A DNA stretch of 22,705 nt, taken from Catajapyx aquilonaris. Its lineage: Eukaryota. Below the pieces are notes generated by a model, which was not told where the DNA came from, searched no databases, and was given only the letters and a program-made list of their open reading frames with translations. The stretch lies in the NCBI GenBank assembly GCA_000934665.2, contig KZ538309.1, forward strand, positions 62,001 through 84,705, written 5' to 3'. A program made the translations under genes and the position numbers. Shown piece by piece: positions 10,168-20,330 of this stretch (the first letter of the stretch is position 1; each line of letters begins with the position of its first letter).

Positions 10168-10938
10168 CTAGTAGTGTCCACCATATGAACCGTGGTCACC
10201 CTCGAAGGAGAATCCTTCCTCTTCGTGTCCAGAATGCTCCTCGACTTCTTCGTGCTTCTCCTCCTTCTTCTCCTCCTTCACGAAGTAAGGCACCTTCTGG
10301 ATGATGGTGTATGGCACCTTCTTCACCACCTGGATCTTGTGCACCACTGGCACCTTGTGGAACACCGGAACCTTGTGTACCACTGGGACGTGCTTCACAT
10401 CTGGCACCTTCACCACGTAGGGGATCTTGTGCACCTCCGGCACCTTCACTATCACGTGCTTGATTATCTTCTTCGGCTCAGGAGCTTCCTATAATATAAC
10501 ATGCAATACAAAATAATAATGTAATTTAATAATGAGTAGTTGTGTACTTACGTGTGATTCATGCTCGACCTCGTGTCCATAGTCCTTGACCTCGTGTCCA
10601 TAGTCCTTGACCTCGTGTCCATAGTCTTGGACCTCGTGTCCATAGTCCTCCTTCTCTTCCTCCTGTTCGTGACCGTGGCCTCCTCCCCCGGACACCTTGG
10701 CATACCCGAACCCCTTCTCCTCAACATACCCACCTTTCTTCTCGTGACCCTTCCTCATGATGGACAGTCCATGCTCGTAACTATACTTGCTCCCAGCCTG
10801 GCTCCATCCAGCCAGTCCAAGAAGTAGGAAGGCACACACAACGGCCTTAAAAAGTATGACATATTTTCACATTTATGTTTGAACTACTTGACTATTATTC
10901 CTGGAGTCAACAAAAGGTATCCTTACAAAATTGGCCAT
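10168..10938 (-). CDS. Family B copy 1: secreted His/Glu/Val/Lys/Pro-rich protein, 208 aa; exons 10938-10927, 10845-10552, 10488-10168
   Basis: MANF then gtaagg; two phase-0 GT-AG introns join ORFs 10489-10839 and 10168-10455; signal peptide MANFAVVCAFLLLGLAGWSQA; minus-strand AATAAA at 10058-10063. Confidence 0.9.
10279..10446 (-). repeat. Degenerate 18-bp coding repeat (KVPxxH/K hexapeptide) in B1; also present in B2 and B3
   Basis: KVPEVH KIPYVV KVPDVK HVPVVH KVPVFH KVPVVH KIQVVK KVPYTIIQ KVPYFV. Confidence 0.85.
10564..10647 (-). repeat. 4 x 21-bp coding tandem repeat (DYGHEV[QKE])
   Basis: Plus-strand unit (c/t)t(c/t/g)gacctcgtgtccatagtc repeated four times. Confidence 0.95.
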
Positions 10939-10988
10939 AATGATATCTAGTGCTTGTGGAGATGTGGCACTGTTGCAGACCGAGTCCA

Positions 10989-11026
10989 AACTGATGACCT
11001 CCTGCTGCCCAACTGCCCTTTTTATA
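10989..11026 (-). promoter_or_regulatory. Core promoter of gene B1
   Basis: Minus strand TATAAAA 11026-11020, TCAGTT 10994-10989; the same spacing occurs in B2 and B3. Confidence 0.75.
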
Positions 11027-11622
11027 CTCGCCATTACTTCACTGTACTGTGTGATTAAAATATTTGCCATGGTTCTACATAAGAAAGTAGCCATAAATGC
11101 ATTTTCACTTCCTCACATGCAGTATTTGCCTCCTTGCATGAAAAACTTTTACAAACTTTCTCGCACGTGCACAAGGGATATCCGTCCTCTGAACGGTTCA
11201 GTTGCTGCGATGTTAATTAATAATGTGTGTAACAGACTGTGTAATAATGGAGATTTATCTCCTGTCATATCCTAAGCTAAAATTAATTGTCCAATTAATT
11301 TCAAATCTTGTATCACATATTATTACAAAATGTAATTAAAACACATAATTACCCTCGACGAAAATATTTTGAAACTCAACACTCTTTACTTACGTAATTG
11401 GTAACCTAAGATTTGACTGCGTAATTAAGGAAAATAATTGCCTCTCTGGTAACTACTGATAATGTTAGTTTGCCGACAAAAAGAGCCTCTTCCACCTTAT
11501 CGAGTAACCTTAGAGATACATTTGAAACGTATCCGCTCTTGGATTATGAGGATTAAAGTTTGAGGGACATACGCAAGGATCCGTGGCGCCTCAGTAATAT
11601 TGCAAGTTGCCATCAATTTGCA

Positions 11623-14600
11623 ATGGGATTTATTCGCACAGCCACCTGCCTCTTTCTGACTCTAGGAACTGGTAAGTTCAATATTTGTAAAGATTATGCC
11701 ACACAGTCACAATGATTATGTTTCAGTACTATCAGCCTATATGGAAAATAGTGCGTGGGAATGTTTAATATCCAGCACCACTCAACCGATAGTTATTCCT
11801 TTCAATAGGAACTCTATTGACTACTTGCTAATAGGAACTGCTAAGGCCAAGTGTGTCAGTAAAGGTAACGGATGCTTAGACTAAAATTATGGTGCGTATT
11901 TAATAAGACATTTTCTGTTCTGTCAGATGCAAAAATTTCAGCCTGGTCACCAGGTCAGTGCAACGCAGCTGATTTAGACACCTATTCAGAGGGCGCAGTG
12001 GATGTGCTGAAACTAGTTACATTTCTGTAAGAGCGCAAGTATTACTGACACTATGCAAACAACTAAAAATGGTTTGACATGATTGTATTATTTATCAATC
12101 TCATGTGTTCGTTACAGTTGTCAAGGCTTGAACAAGTGTGAGATAGACCAAAACAATGCCGAGCTTGCAGATTTAGTGATATGTAAAAGTACTCAAACAC
12201 TAATGCTGGGAATCGTGTACTTGACATCACCATATGTGACTGATTGTGGAGAGGGTCAAATATTAAGAAGCGCCAGTTTTGGTGTGGGATGTGTTCATAC
12301 GACTAACGTGGAGAATCTAGATAAAGCGGCTTCGAAATGCAATGACTTTGACGGAAAATTAATATCAATGGTGGTAGCACAGAACAAAAATGAATTTATG
12401 GAAGGTTTGATGAAACTACCGTTAATGAAACACTGCTTCGGTTGCTACTTTTGGGTCAGAGGCACTGGAATAACGCCTCGGAAACTGACTGGCTTGTCAA
12501 ATTGTCCAGGAGTCTCTGTCGTTATTAATAAACCAGATTATTGGAACCTCAATACACCAAATCCATTGGCAGAACAGGTCGGACTTTGCATCGCTGCACC
12601 CAAGTGCAAGAAGGCTTACTGTGGTTATGATCCACCTCCGACTGAATCTACAACCCCAACAACAAAGCCAACAACTACGACAGTACCAACTACCACAACA
12701 ACCACGGTTGCACCTACAACTACAGCTGTGTCTACAACTACATCTACAAAAACGTCAACAAAGTCCACAACAACACACCAAAAACCAGCGACAAGTTCGA
12801 CAACTCACGGGTCCAAGTCAACAGCAACTTCTTCAACCACTTCTTCAACAACTTCTTCAACAACTGCTTCAACCACTTCTTCAACAACTCCTTCAACGAC
12901 TTCTTCAACAACTGCTTCAACCACTTCTTCAACAACTCCTTCAACGACTTCTTCAACAACTGCTTCAACCACTTCTTCAACCACTGCTTCAACCACTACC
13001 GAAAATGTCTCAATCAAGAACTGCCCTGCGATGGAGTTCCAAGGCATATGGCCTGAAACAAGAGCAGGCTCAGAGGCGGTACAAAACTGCAGCAATTGCT
13101 CAGGGTTGGCAACATGGAGATGTGACCTGAACGGAAATTGGGAAGGCTTCCCTGACCTAACGTGAGTCATTGCTATTGTTGCTGCAAAATCACTGCTAAT
13201 TGTTACTTTCCAGGAACTGTACTCTTTTTGCGAACATTTGGAAATACGGTTTCAACCACTTGAACCACGACGACTCTCCAGCGAAAGTACTGGAGCACAT
13301 TGTCACACAAATACGCAAACGAGGTGCAAAATTTCAGGCAGGAGATGTACACAATGCTGTGGATATACTAAGTGTGTCTATCACACTTCAGGAAAATAAA
13401 TCCGCCGAATGCATGATGACCCAAGAGTTACCCAACTGCCAGACTCATATCCAGAGTTACGCTTCTTCAGCAGTTAATTTGACAAATGAAGCTTTGGGTG
13501 ACCCTTACTCATGGCTGACCAATTCCAAGTTCAAAGAAGAGGCATCAAAACTATTTGAAACAATAGATCAAATTGGGTTTCAAGTCACAAACATGCTCAT
13601 TACACATAAGTTTTCAACAAACCTGATAGGTAAGTTAGTGACAAGCTGCTAATGGGCAAGAGACGGTTAGTTAACATCTGAATCTATTTGATTAGATATG
13701 AAATCAACTGCGTTCAATAAGACCACTGCAATTTCCAAATCTCGATACAAGTTTGCTGGAGGCTCTTCTATTCGCCTTCCAGTTGAGGCTAGGAGAGCTG
13801 CTACATATGACGGAATTTGGATGGCAAATCTTGTTACATACAGCAATATGCACAACATTTTAGGAAACAATTTAAGGTGAGTTAATACCTACTTTTCAGA
13901 CACTTGTTAAACACTGTTGGCTTCAACAGGAACCTGAGATTCGAGGATGAAACCAGCTTGATACGAGGTTTTGTGAACTGCAAAATGGTGGGAATCACAC
14001 TAGGAAATCATACTGATGGAGTAAAATTTAGGGACGAAAGTGTGCGCTTGCATTTGGAGCATTTATTATCATTAGACAAGTACAATATAAGTAATATAAC
14101 GTGCGTCTTTTGGGACGAGGACCAACATGACTGGAGCACCAAGGGATGCAAACTGATGGAAACTCACAGCTCCTACTCCATCTGTGAATGTGACCATCTC
14201 ACAAACCTGGCTCTTCTTGTGGACTACGGTGGTGTCACAGGAAACCAACAGGTCATCACATATATTACTGTCATAGGCTGCAGCATGTCCATCGTTTGCC
14301 TCTTGCTGGCCCTTGGGATCTTCTTTGCTGTCAGAAGCGTAGAAAACCTCAGGATCTTCATCCATAGTCATCTCTGCTTCTCTTTGCTTGTGGCTCAAAT
14401 GACGTTGATAGCAGGGGTTGATCCTACCGGAAATGACCTAGGCTGCAAGATTGCGGCGGTGACCATTCACTTCTTCTTTCTGGTTGCTTTCAGCTGGATG
14501 ATGGTCGAAGGGTATCAAATTTATCTCATGCTTGTTGTGGTGAGTTGATCATACGAGTCTCTTAGGTACTGGAATTACTGGAGTGTTTCCTTCAGGTGTT

Positions 14601-15559
14601 TCTGACAAAACCAACTCCAAAGTGGACAATGATGTTAGTAGGATATGGCGGACCTGCGATTATTGTTACGGTGTCTGCGATTGTCCGCTGGGATGGATAT
14701 GGAACTAGTAATTAGTGAGTGACAAAATATACCTATTGTTGTTTTATTGATTAGGAAGATGCAATGCGAATCATATTTTCAGTTGCTGGCTGACCAGAGA
14801 TAATGGTTTAATTTGGGCATTTTTAGGCCCAGTTGTAGCAGTTATTCTGGTAAGAAATACTCCCTATTAATGTTTAGTTATCAGGTCACTAGTTCATCAT
14901 GTTTTAGTTCAACACTGGTGTCCTTGCCATCGCCTTAAGAAAAGCACACAGAGCAGTGAAATCTTTGCCTGGAAGAACTACTAGAAGCGCACGTGAATCC
15001 CGAGCCTGGATGAAAGGATGTGCTTCAATATCAGTCATTTTAGGCCTCACCTGGGCCATTGGGGTCTTCCTTTATCCTGGCGGTAATATTAAAATGTACT
15101 ACCTTCATTGTAAACATTTGACTCTAACAGTAAGTGTCTATTTGCTTCAGAATCCAAGGAATTAACAGCAGCGGTGGAAATCTGTTTTGCCATACTTAAT
15201 TCCCTCCAAGGCGTCTTCATTCTTCTGTTTCATTGCATACTAAAAGCAGATGTGAGACAAGCTTTGGGCAGGAAACTTCAGTGGAACACGTACTGGCATT
15301 CTGTAAGTGCAGCGGTGACCTCATCCGGTAAAGTGCATCGGGTCAAACCCACAACAATGTTTGTTTCAGAGAAGTACGGTGGGAGTATCTGGAGAAGTGA
15401 CCAGTTCAAAAAATCATGCAGATCCGGACAAACTTTTTTACGTGCGGCAGAGGTAGTTTGGAAGCCACTATATGAAAGTTTTGCGTTAATTGACTGCTCA
15501 ACAGACCAGAATGGTATAGGATCATGACCGAGACGAGAAAATTCTCAGCAGACTTTTAG
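11623..15559 (+). CDS. Adhesion GPCR, latrophilin/Cirl-like, about 1060-1090 aa; exons 11623-11671, 11727-11864, 11927-12026, 12118-13161, 13214-13629, 13696-13876, 13930-14539, 14596-14714, 14783-14849, 14908-15082, then 15151-15527 or 15151-15302, 15370-15452, 15505-15559
   Basis: All joins are GT-AG and phase-compatible; signal peptide MGFIRTATCLFLTLGTVLSA; HormR motif (WPETRAG..C..SGLATWRC..GNWEGFPDLTNC); GPS CVFWD..WSTKGC..ICECDHLTNLALLV (14102-14221); family-B 7TM motifs (HFFFLVAFSWMMVEG, YGTSNYCWL, LGLTW, NSLQGVFILLFHC); C-terminal splicing is uncertain. Confidence 0.92.
12830..12997 (+). repeat. 14 x 12-bp coding repeat ([SAP]STT) in the mucin-like stalk of the GPCR
   Basis: Unit (t/g/c)cttcaac(c/a/g)act; 48-bp higher-order unit SSTT ASTT SSTT PSTT. 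Confidence 0.95.
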
Positions 15560-16098
15560 TGCACATCTGATATTATGATAATTATGAGTGTGATGGATAG
15601 AGATTACATCATGTAATCTTGTTACACATGAGTATCGACGTTCAGGAAATCTCCGCGATCCTCTCTACGGATGCAATATGTCCTGCCAGTGTATCAGTGC
15701 CCAGTCACCATGGAAATATATGGTCTGATAATAAGGATAATCCTTGTCTGACGCAAATGATGCCTTGTTGACTGTAGGATGTGTTCAAGGGTGTCAAGCT
15801 TCTCGTCTAAACACCCGCAATATTTTTACAGACAACAAACTGTAGGCTGGTGTGGATCATCATGCATAACATTCCAAAGGGCTTATGAAAAGGTTACATC
15901 CATTGCTGCATACGTCACTACTTTCATCAAAAGTGATATTGGTCATTGCTTTATTTCACGACCATCCCTTTACTATTATCCGAAATTCCAATCAATTGCA
16001 CACACAGTACGCCTTTCTACCAGGTCATGATCGCTTGAACGCACATTCCCTTTGCCCTGATGCCAGTCTCCACCACATTATTTTGAAATCAATCTTGG

Positions 16099-16135
16099 TA
16101 TAAAAACAGCTGATTCTAAAGGGTTGATATCAGTT
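16099..16135 (+). promoter_or_regulatory. Core promoter of gene A5
   Basis: TATAAAA 16099-16105, TCAGTT 16130-16135. Confidence 0.75.
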
Positions 16136-16188
16136 CACTCGAGTTCTGGAATATACAGGCAGACAACTCTAATCCAACCAAAGACATC

Positions 16189-16618
16189 ATGGATTCAAAG
16201 GTAAATGATTTCAAGGGCAATAATTTTTTATTTCTTTCCAATAATTGATTGGGATTGACACGTTTGTTTATTGCAATGAAAACAGATACTGCTGTTCCTC
16301 GTTGTGCTGGGAGTGGTGTCGTGTGTCTCAGCCATAGGTCACATCAACTACAAGTACGGGTTTTCCACAAAGGGCAAGTATGGGGCAGCCCAGGTGGAGG
16401 CTGGTGCAGATGACCACAAGTGGGGTTTCTCAGTCAACAACCACCACAAGGATGGGGTCAGCTACATCAAGCAGAGTGGGGACAACACTCACCACGGAGG
16501 ATTCGGGGGAGGGTTCGGAGGTGGGGCTGGAGGGGCCGGGGGAGCTGGTGGTGCAGGAGGGGCTGGAGGAATCGGGGGAGGGTTCGGGTTTGGAGGGGGA
16601 TTCGGAGGGGGATTTTAA
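16189..16618 (+). CDS. Family A copy 5: secreted Gly/His-rich protein, 114 aa; exons 16189-16200, 16286-16618
   Basis: MDSK exon, GT-AG intron 16201-16285, in frame with ORF 16304-16618; AATAAA 16662-16667. Confidence 0.9.
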
Positions 16619-17186
16619 ATAAATGTTCATGCAGTGATTTATTTGAGATACTACTGTTTGAAATAAAGCCATCAATGACGGAATATATTGTGTCAATGAT
16701 CATTTGCAGCTGAGCACAAAATTGGTAACCTAATACGTTCAACATTTTTTAAATTAACGGCGGAGTCTCTCGTTGTCTCGTATCATTATTTGCAATTTTC
16801 TCAACTAATATGGATGTCATGGCGTTTATACAAACCGTATTACAGTAGAGATAATGTGCAGTGTAATTTGGCGTCAGAACGTAATGCATGCGCAACTGAA
16901 AAGAAACTTTCTCCACAGAATGAGCAGTGAGTGTGGAAGTTAATATACGAATAAGTTGCGGTTATAGACTCGAAAGGGAAAGATCATGCAATGTAGGGGT
17001 TGTTATTGTGCTGTAATGAACACGTGGAAAAAATGCACAAATATGCACAATTTAATTTATTAAAAACAGATAATAAAACTTAATTTGTATACATTTCCCA
17101 ACAGAAATGTGGGGGACAATACGAGTGTGGAATAAGTTCCAGTCATCTTTGGCTCTTGCACATTCCTCTTGTAGCTTTTCTTCTGC

Positions 17187-17889
17187 CTAGTGGTGTCCAC
17201 CATATGAACCGTGGTCACCCTCGAAGGAGAAGCCCTTCTCTTCGTGTCCAGAATGCTCCTCGACTTCTTCGTGCTTCTCCTCTTTCTCTTCCTCCTTGAC
17301 AAAGTAAGGCACCTTCTGGATGATGGTGTATGGCACCTTCTTCACCACGGGGACCTTGTGCACCACTGGCACCTTGTGATACACGGGCACCTTGTGGACC
17401 ACTGGGACGTGCTTCACATCTGGCACCTTCACCACATAGGAGATCTTATGCACCTCCGGCACCTTCACTATCACGTACTTGATTATCTTCTTCGGCTCAG
17501 GAGCTTCCTAATATCACATGAAATACAAAATAATATCGTAATTCAATTTAATAAGAAGTACCGGTAGTTTTGTACTTACGTGTGATTCATGCTCGACCTC
17601 GTGTCCATAGTCCTCCTCCTCCTGGTGGTGACCGTGACCTCCTCCCCCGGACACCTTGGCATACCCGAACCCATTCTCCTCCACAAACCCACCTTTCTTC
17701 TCGTGACCCTTCCTCATGATGGACAGCCCATGCTCGTAACTATACTTGCTCCCAGCCTGGCTCCATCCAGCCAGACACAGAAGCAGGAAGGCACACACAA
17801 CGGTCTGCAAAAAGTATCACACTTTTAATAGAATATTCTTATGGTTATGAGCTGCTTTATAAATAATTAACCCTTACTAAATTGGCCAT
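17187..17889 (-). CDS. Family B copy 2, 185 aa; exons 17889-17878, 17804-17580, 17507-17187
   Basis: MANL exon, two phase-0 GT-AG introns at the same positions as in B1; minus-strand AATAAA 17056-17061. Confidence 0.9.
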
Positions 17890-17935
17890 GTTATAGTTGG
17901 AAATAAGTGTGGTCTTTGTTGGGAGGCTGTTGTAA

Positions 17936-17973
17936 AACTGATGACTTATGCCTAGTTCTTCGTGCTTTTTATA
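17936..17973 (-). promoter_or_regulatory. Core promoter of gene B2
   Basis: Minus strand TATAAAA 17973-17967, TCAGTT 17941-17936. Confidence 0.75.
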
Positions 17974-18809
17974 CCAGTAAACGCCACGCTAGACCACTGC
18001 ACCAAAGTCGTAAAGTTAAATTCCGCAGTAAAAACTATGAAAGCAGGCAAAATATAAGCAACATTTTTAGAGACGGAAAATGCTTGCAAAAATGTAAAGA
18101 GAGTGGACAGCTTGACACAAAATTGCAACAGTTAAAGCAGGTCCTCATTTATTAACAACACTTACAGTATTACTATCTAGGATTAATAGAAGAAGCCACT
18201 GTATTTTATAGCTTTGCTGCACCTCTGATAAGAGTTTAATACACGAGGCAAGCATTATAATAATGCCACAATAATGTTACGATAATGTTACTCATATATT
18301 TTAATATGAATAGAGAAACAATACGACACATTTACACAAAATGTGTTATTTCCGTTTGCCTTAATTACAATATGGGATTGAATAGTATTAATTTTGATAA
18401 TGTTGGATCAAGATATACAGAGGACGACACGTTTTTACCAGAAAGATAAACTAAATTATCAGCTCTTTTAGGTGTAGCAGTGGGAATTATGAACACATGC
18501 ACCAACCTATAATGTCATTATTAAAAAGTTGGTCCAGTTGCAGACGTTCTTCTGGTATCAATGCACCATACAAATATTGCTTTATATTTAGTTATAATAT
18601 ACGCTCACTGTTACAATGTATTATAGTTACACAAGAGTATCGTTGTTCATGTAGGAAATCTTCAGCGATTCTCTCCACGGATACAATATGTCTTGCGGAT
18701 GTAGTTCAGTCACCACGGAAATAACTAATATGGTCTTGACGCAAATGATGTCGCTCTTGACTGTAGGATGTATTCAAGGGGGTAGGCTTCTCACCTACAC
18801 ACCCGCTAT

Positions 18810-19166
18810 AAAAATAGGCAATAAAATTGCCGAAAACTATTCTTCCTCTGGGTGATGAGATTAAAAGTAAGAAACTAGTCCATAGGTGGGGGTTGGTTCG
18901 TGTCATGGCCGGATGTGTGATAATTAAATTTAATTCAAAACATTCGTGCTTTGGGGCTGGGAAGAATTAGGCAGATATCGCTTTTATGTACTCCGACTCT
19001 CATACTCTGCCTAATTCTTCCCAGATCCAAAGCACGAATGTTTTGAATTAAATTTAATTATCACACATCCGGCCATGACACGAACCAACCCCCACCTATA
19101 CCTATACCTTACTTTTCATCTCACCCAGAGGAAGAATAGCTTTCTGCAGTTTTATTGCTCATTTTC
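18810..19166. repeat. Long inverted repeat (arms about 160 bp, 30-nt loop)
   Basis: 18810-18975 is the imperfect reverse complement of 19006-19166 (e.g. ggtgggggttggttcgtgtcatggccggatgtgtgataattaaatttaattcaaaacattcgtgctttgg matches exactly). Confidence 0.92.
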
Positions 19167-19660
19167 ATTAAGTTCTTTTCATCATCATAAAGTAATGTAA
19201 AGAAATTTTAGGTTTTTTAAATGACACGACGCGACGTCGTGCGTATTTCTGTGGTACAGAAAGAGAGCGAGAGCACAAATCTGACACTATCGAAATCGCC
19301 TCGTAACTCAAAAAATAGAGTTTTTTTCTTCAAAAAACGGTAGGCAGAAGGGCACCTCCTGGGAACATTGCGGTTCTTATCACACATTGTATGACCCTCT
19401 ACGACGCACCGTTTAGGCTGTACCCTTGTCAGAGTAACGACACTTTTTTGAACTTTGACCCCGGCTAGTGACACCGGTAATGACCCTAGTTGTTGTTTAT
19501 CTACCTAAATTTGATTACGGGAGTTAGAGGAGTGTAAATCTTGTTTCCGATTTGAAATCGGTTAACCCGTACGCGAGTTATGAGGTCGGCAAATTAACAT
19601 TGGGAGCGTAGCGGTTACATACTGTTCCTTTTCTGCGTGACCTATAATGGTTATTGCCTA
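18815..19660. mobile_element. Probable non-autonomous element inserted in duplication unit 2
   Basis: Absent from the paralogous position in unit 1; bounded by the 10-bp inverted repeat TAGGCAATAA / TTATTGCCTA; contains the long hairpin; no credible ORF; class not assigned. Confidence 0.55.
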
Positions 19661-19819
19661 AAACATGCTTTATTTCACGACCATCCCATTACTATATTAT
19701 CCGAAATTCCAATCGATTGCACACACGGTACACCTTTCTACCAGGTCACGCTCGCTTGAACCCACATTCCCTTTGCCCTGATGCCAGTCTCCACCACATT
19801 ATTTTGAAATCATTCTTGG

Positions 19820-19856
19820 TATAAAAACAGCTGATTCTAAAGGGTTGATATCAGTT
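19820..19856 (+). promoter_or_regulatory. Core promoter of gene A6
   Basis: TATAAAA 19820-19826, TCAGTT 19851-19856. Confidence 0.75.
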
Positions 19857-19909
19857 CACTCGAGTTCTGGAATATACAGGCAGACAACTCTAATCCAACC
19901 AAAGACATC

Positions 19910-20330
19910 ATGGATTCAAAGGTAAATGATTTCAAGGGCAATAATTTTTTATTTCTTTCCAATTGATTGGGATTGACACGTTTGTTTATTGCAATGAAAA
20001 CAGATACTGGTGGTCCTCGTTGTGCTGGGCGTGGTGTCGTGTGTCTCAGCCATAGGTCACATCAACTACAAGTACGGGTTTTCCACAAAGGGCAAGTACG
20101 GGGCAGCCCAGGTGGAGGCTGGTGCAGATGACCACAAGTGGGGTTTCTCAGTCAACAACCACCACAAGGATGGGGTCAGCTACATCAAGCAGAGTGGGGA
20201 CAACACTCACCACGGAGGATTCGAGGGAGGGTTCGGAGGTGGGGCTGGAGGGGCTGGTGGTGGTGCTGGTGGTGCTGGGGGAGTCGGGGGAGGGTTCGGG
20301 TTTGGAGGGGGATTCGGAGGGGGATTTTAA
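19910..20330 (+). CDS. Family A copy 6: secreted Gly/His-rich protein, 112 aa; exons 19910-19921, 20004-20330
   Basis: MDSK exon, GT-AG intron 19922-20003, in frame with ORF 20010-20330; AATAAA 20374-20379. Confidence 0.9.

Larger units (their letters stand above)
15621..18600. repeat. Tandem segmental duplication, unit 1 (contains A5 and B2)
   Basis: Colinear with 18626-22260 from gttacacatgagtatcg through both genes to the B upstream region; boundaries approximate. Confidence 0.85.

Noticed and set aside
10564..10647. Regular short repeats as a possible CRISPR array
   Set aside because: Contiguous in-frame coding repeats without spacers, in an intron-containing eukaryotic gene
10192..10827. 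Leu/His-rich plus-strand ORFs antisense to B genes (also 17211-17828 and 20909-21526)
   Set aside because: Antisense shadows of Glu/Lys/Val codon repeats; splice sites, promoter and polyA support the minus strand
12621..13170. Poly-QL, KKWLKQLL amphipathic and VVEE ORFs
   Set aside because: Other reading frames of the 12-bp STT repeat in the GPCR
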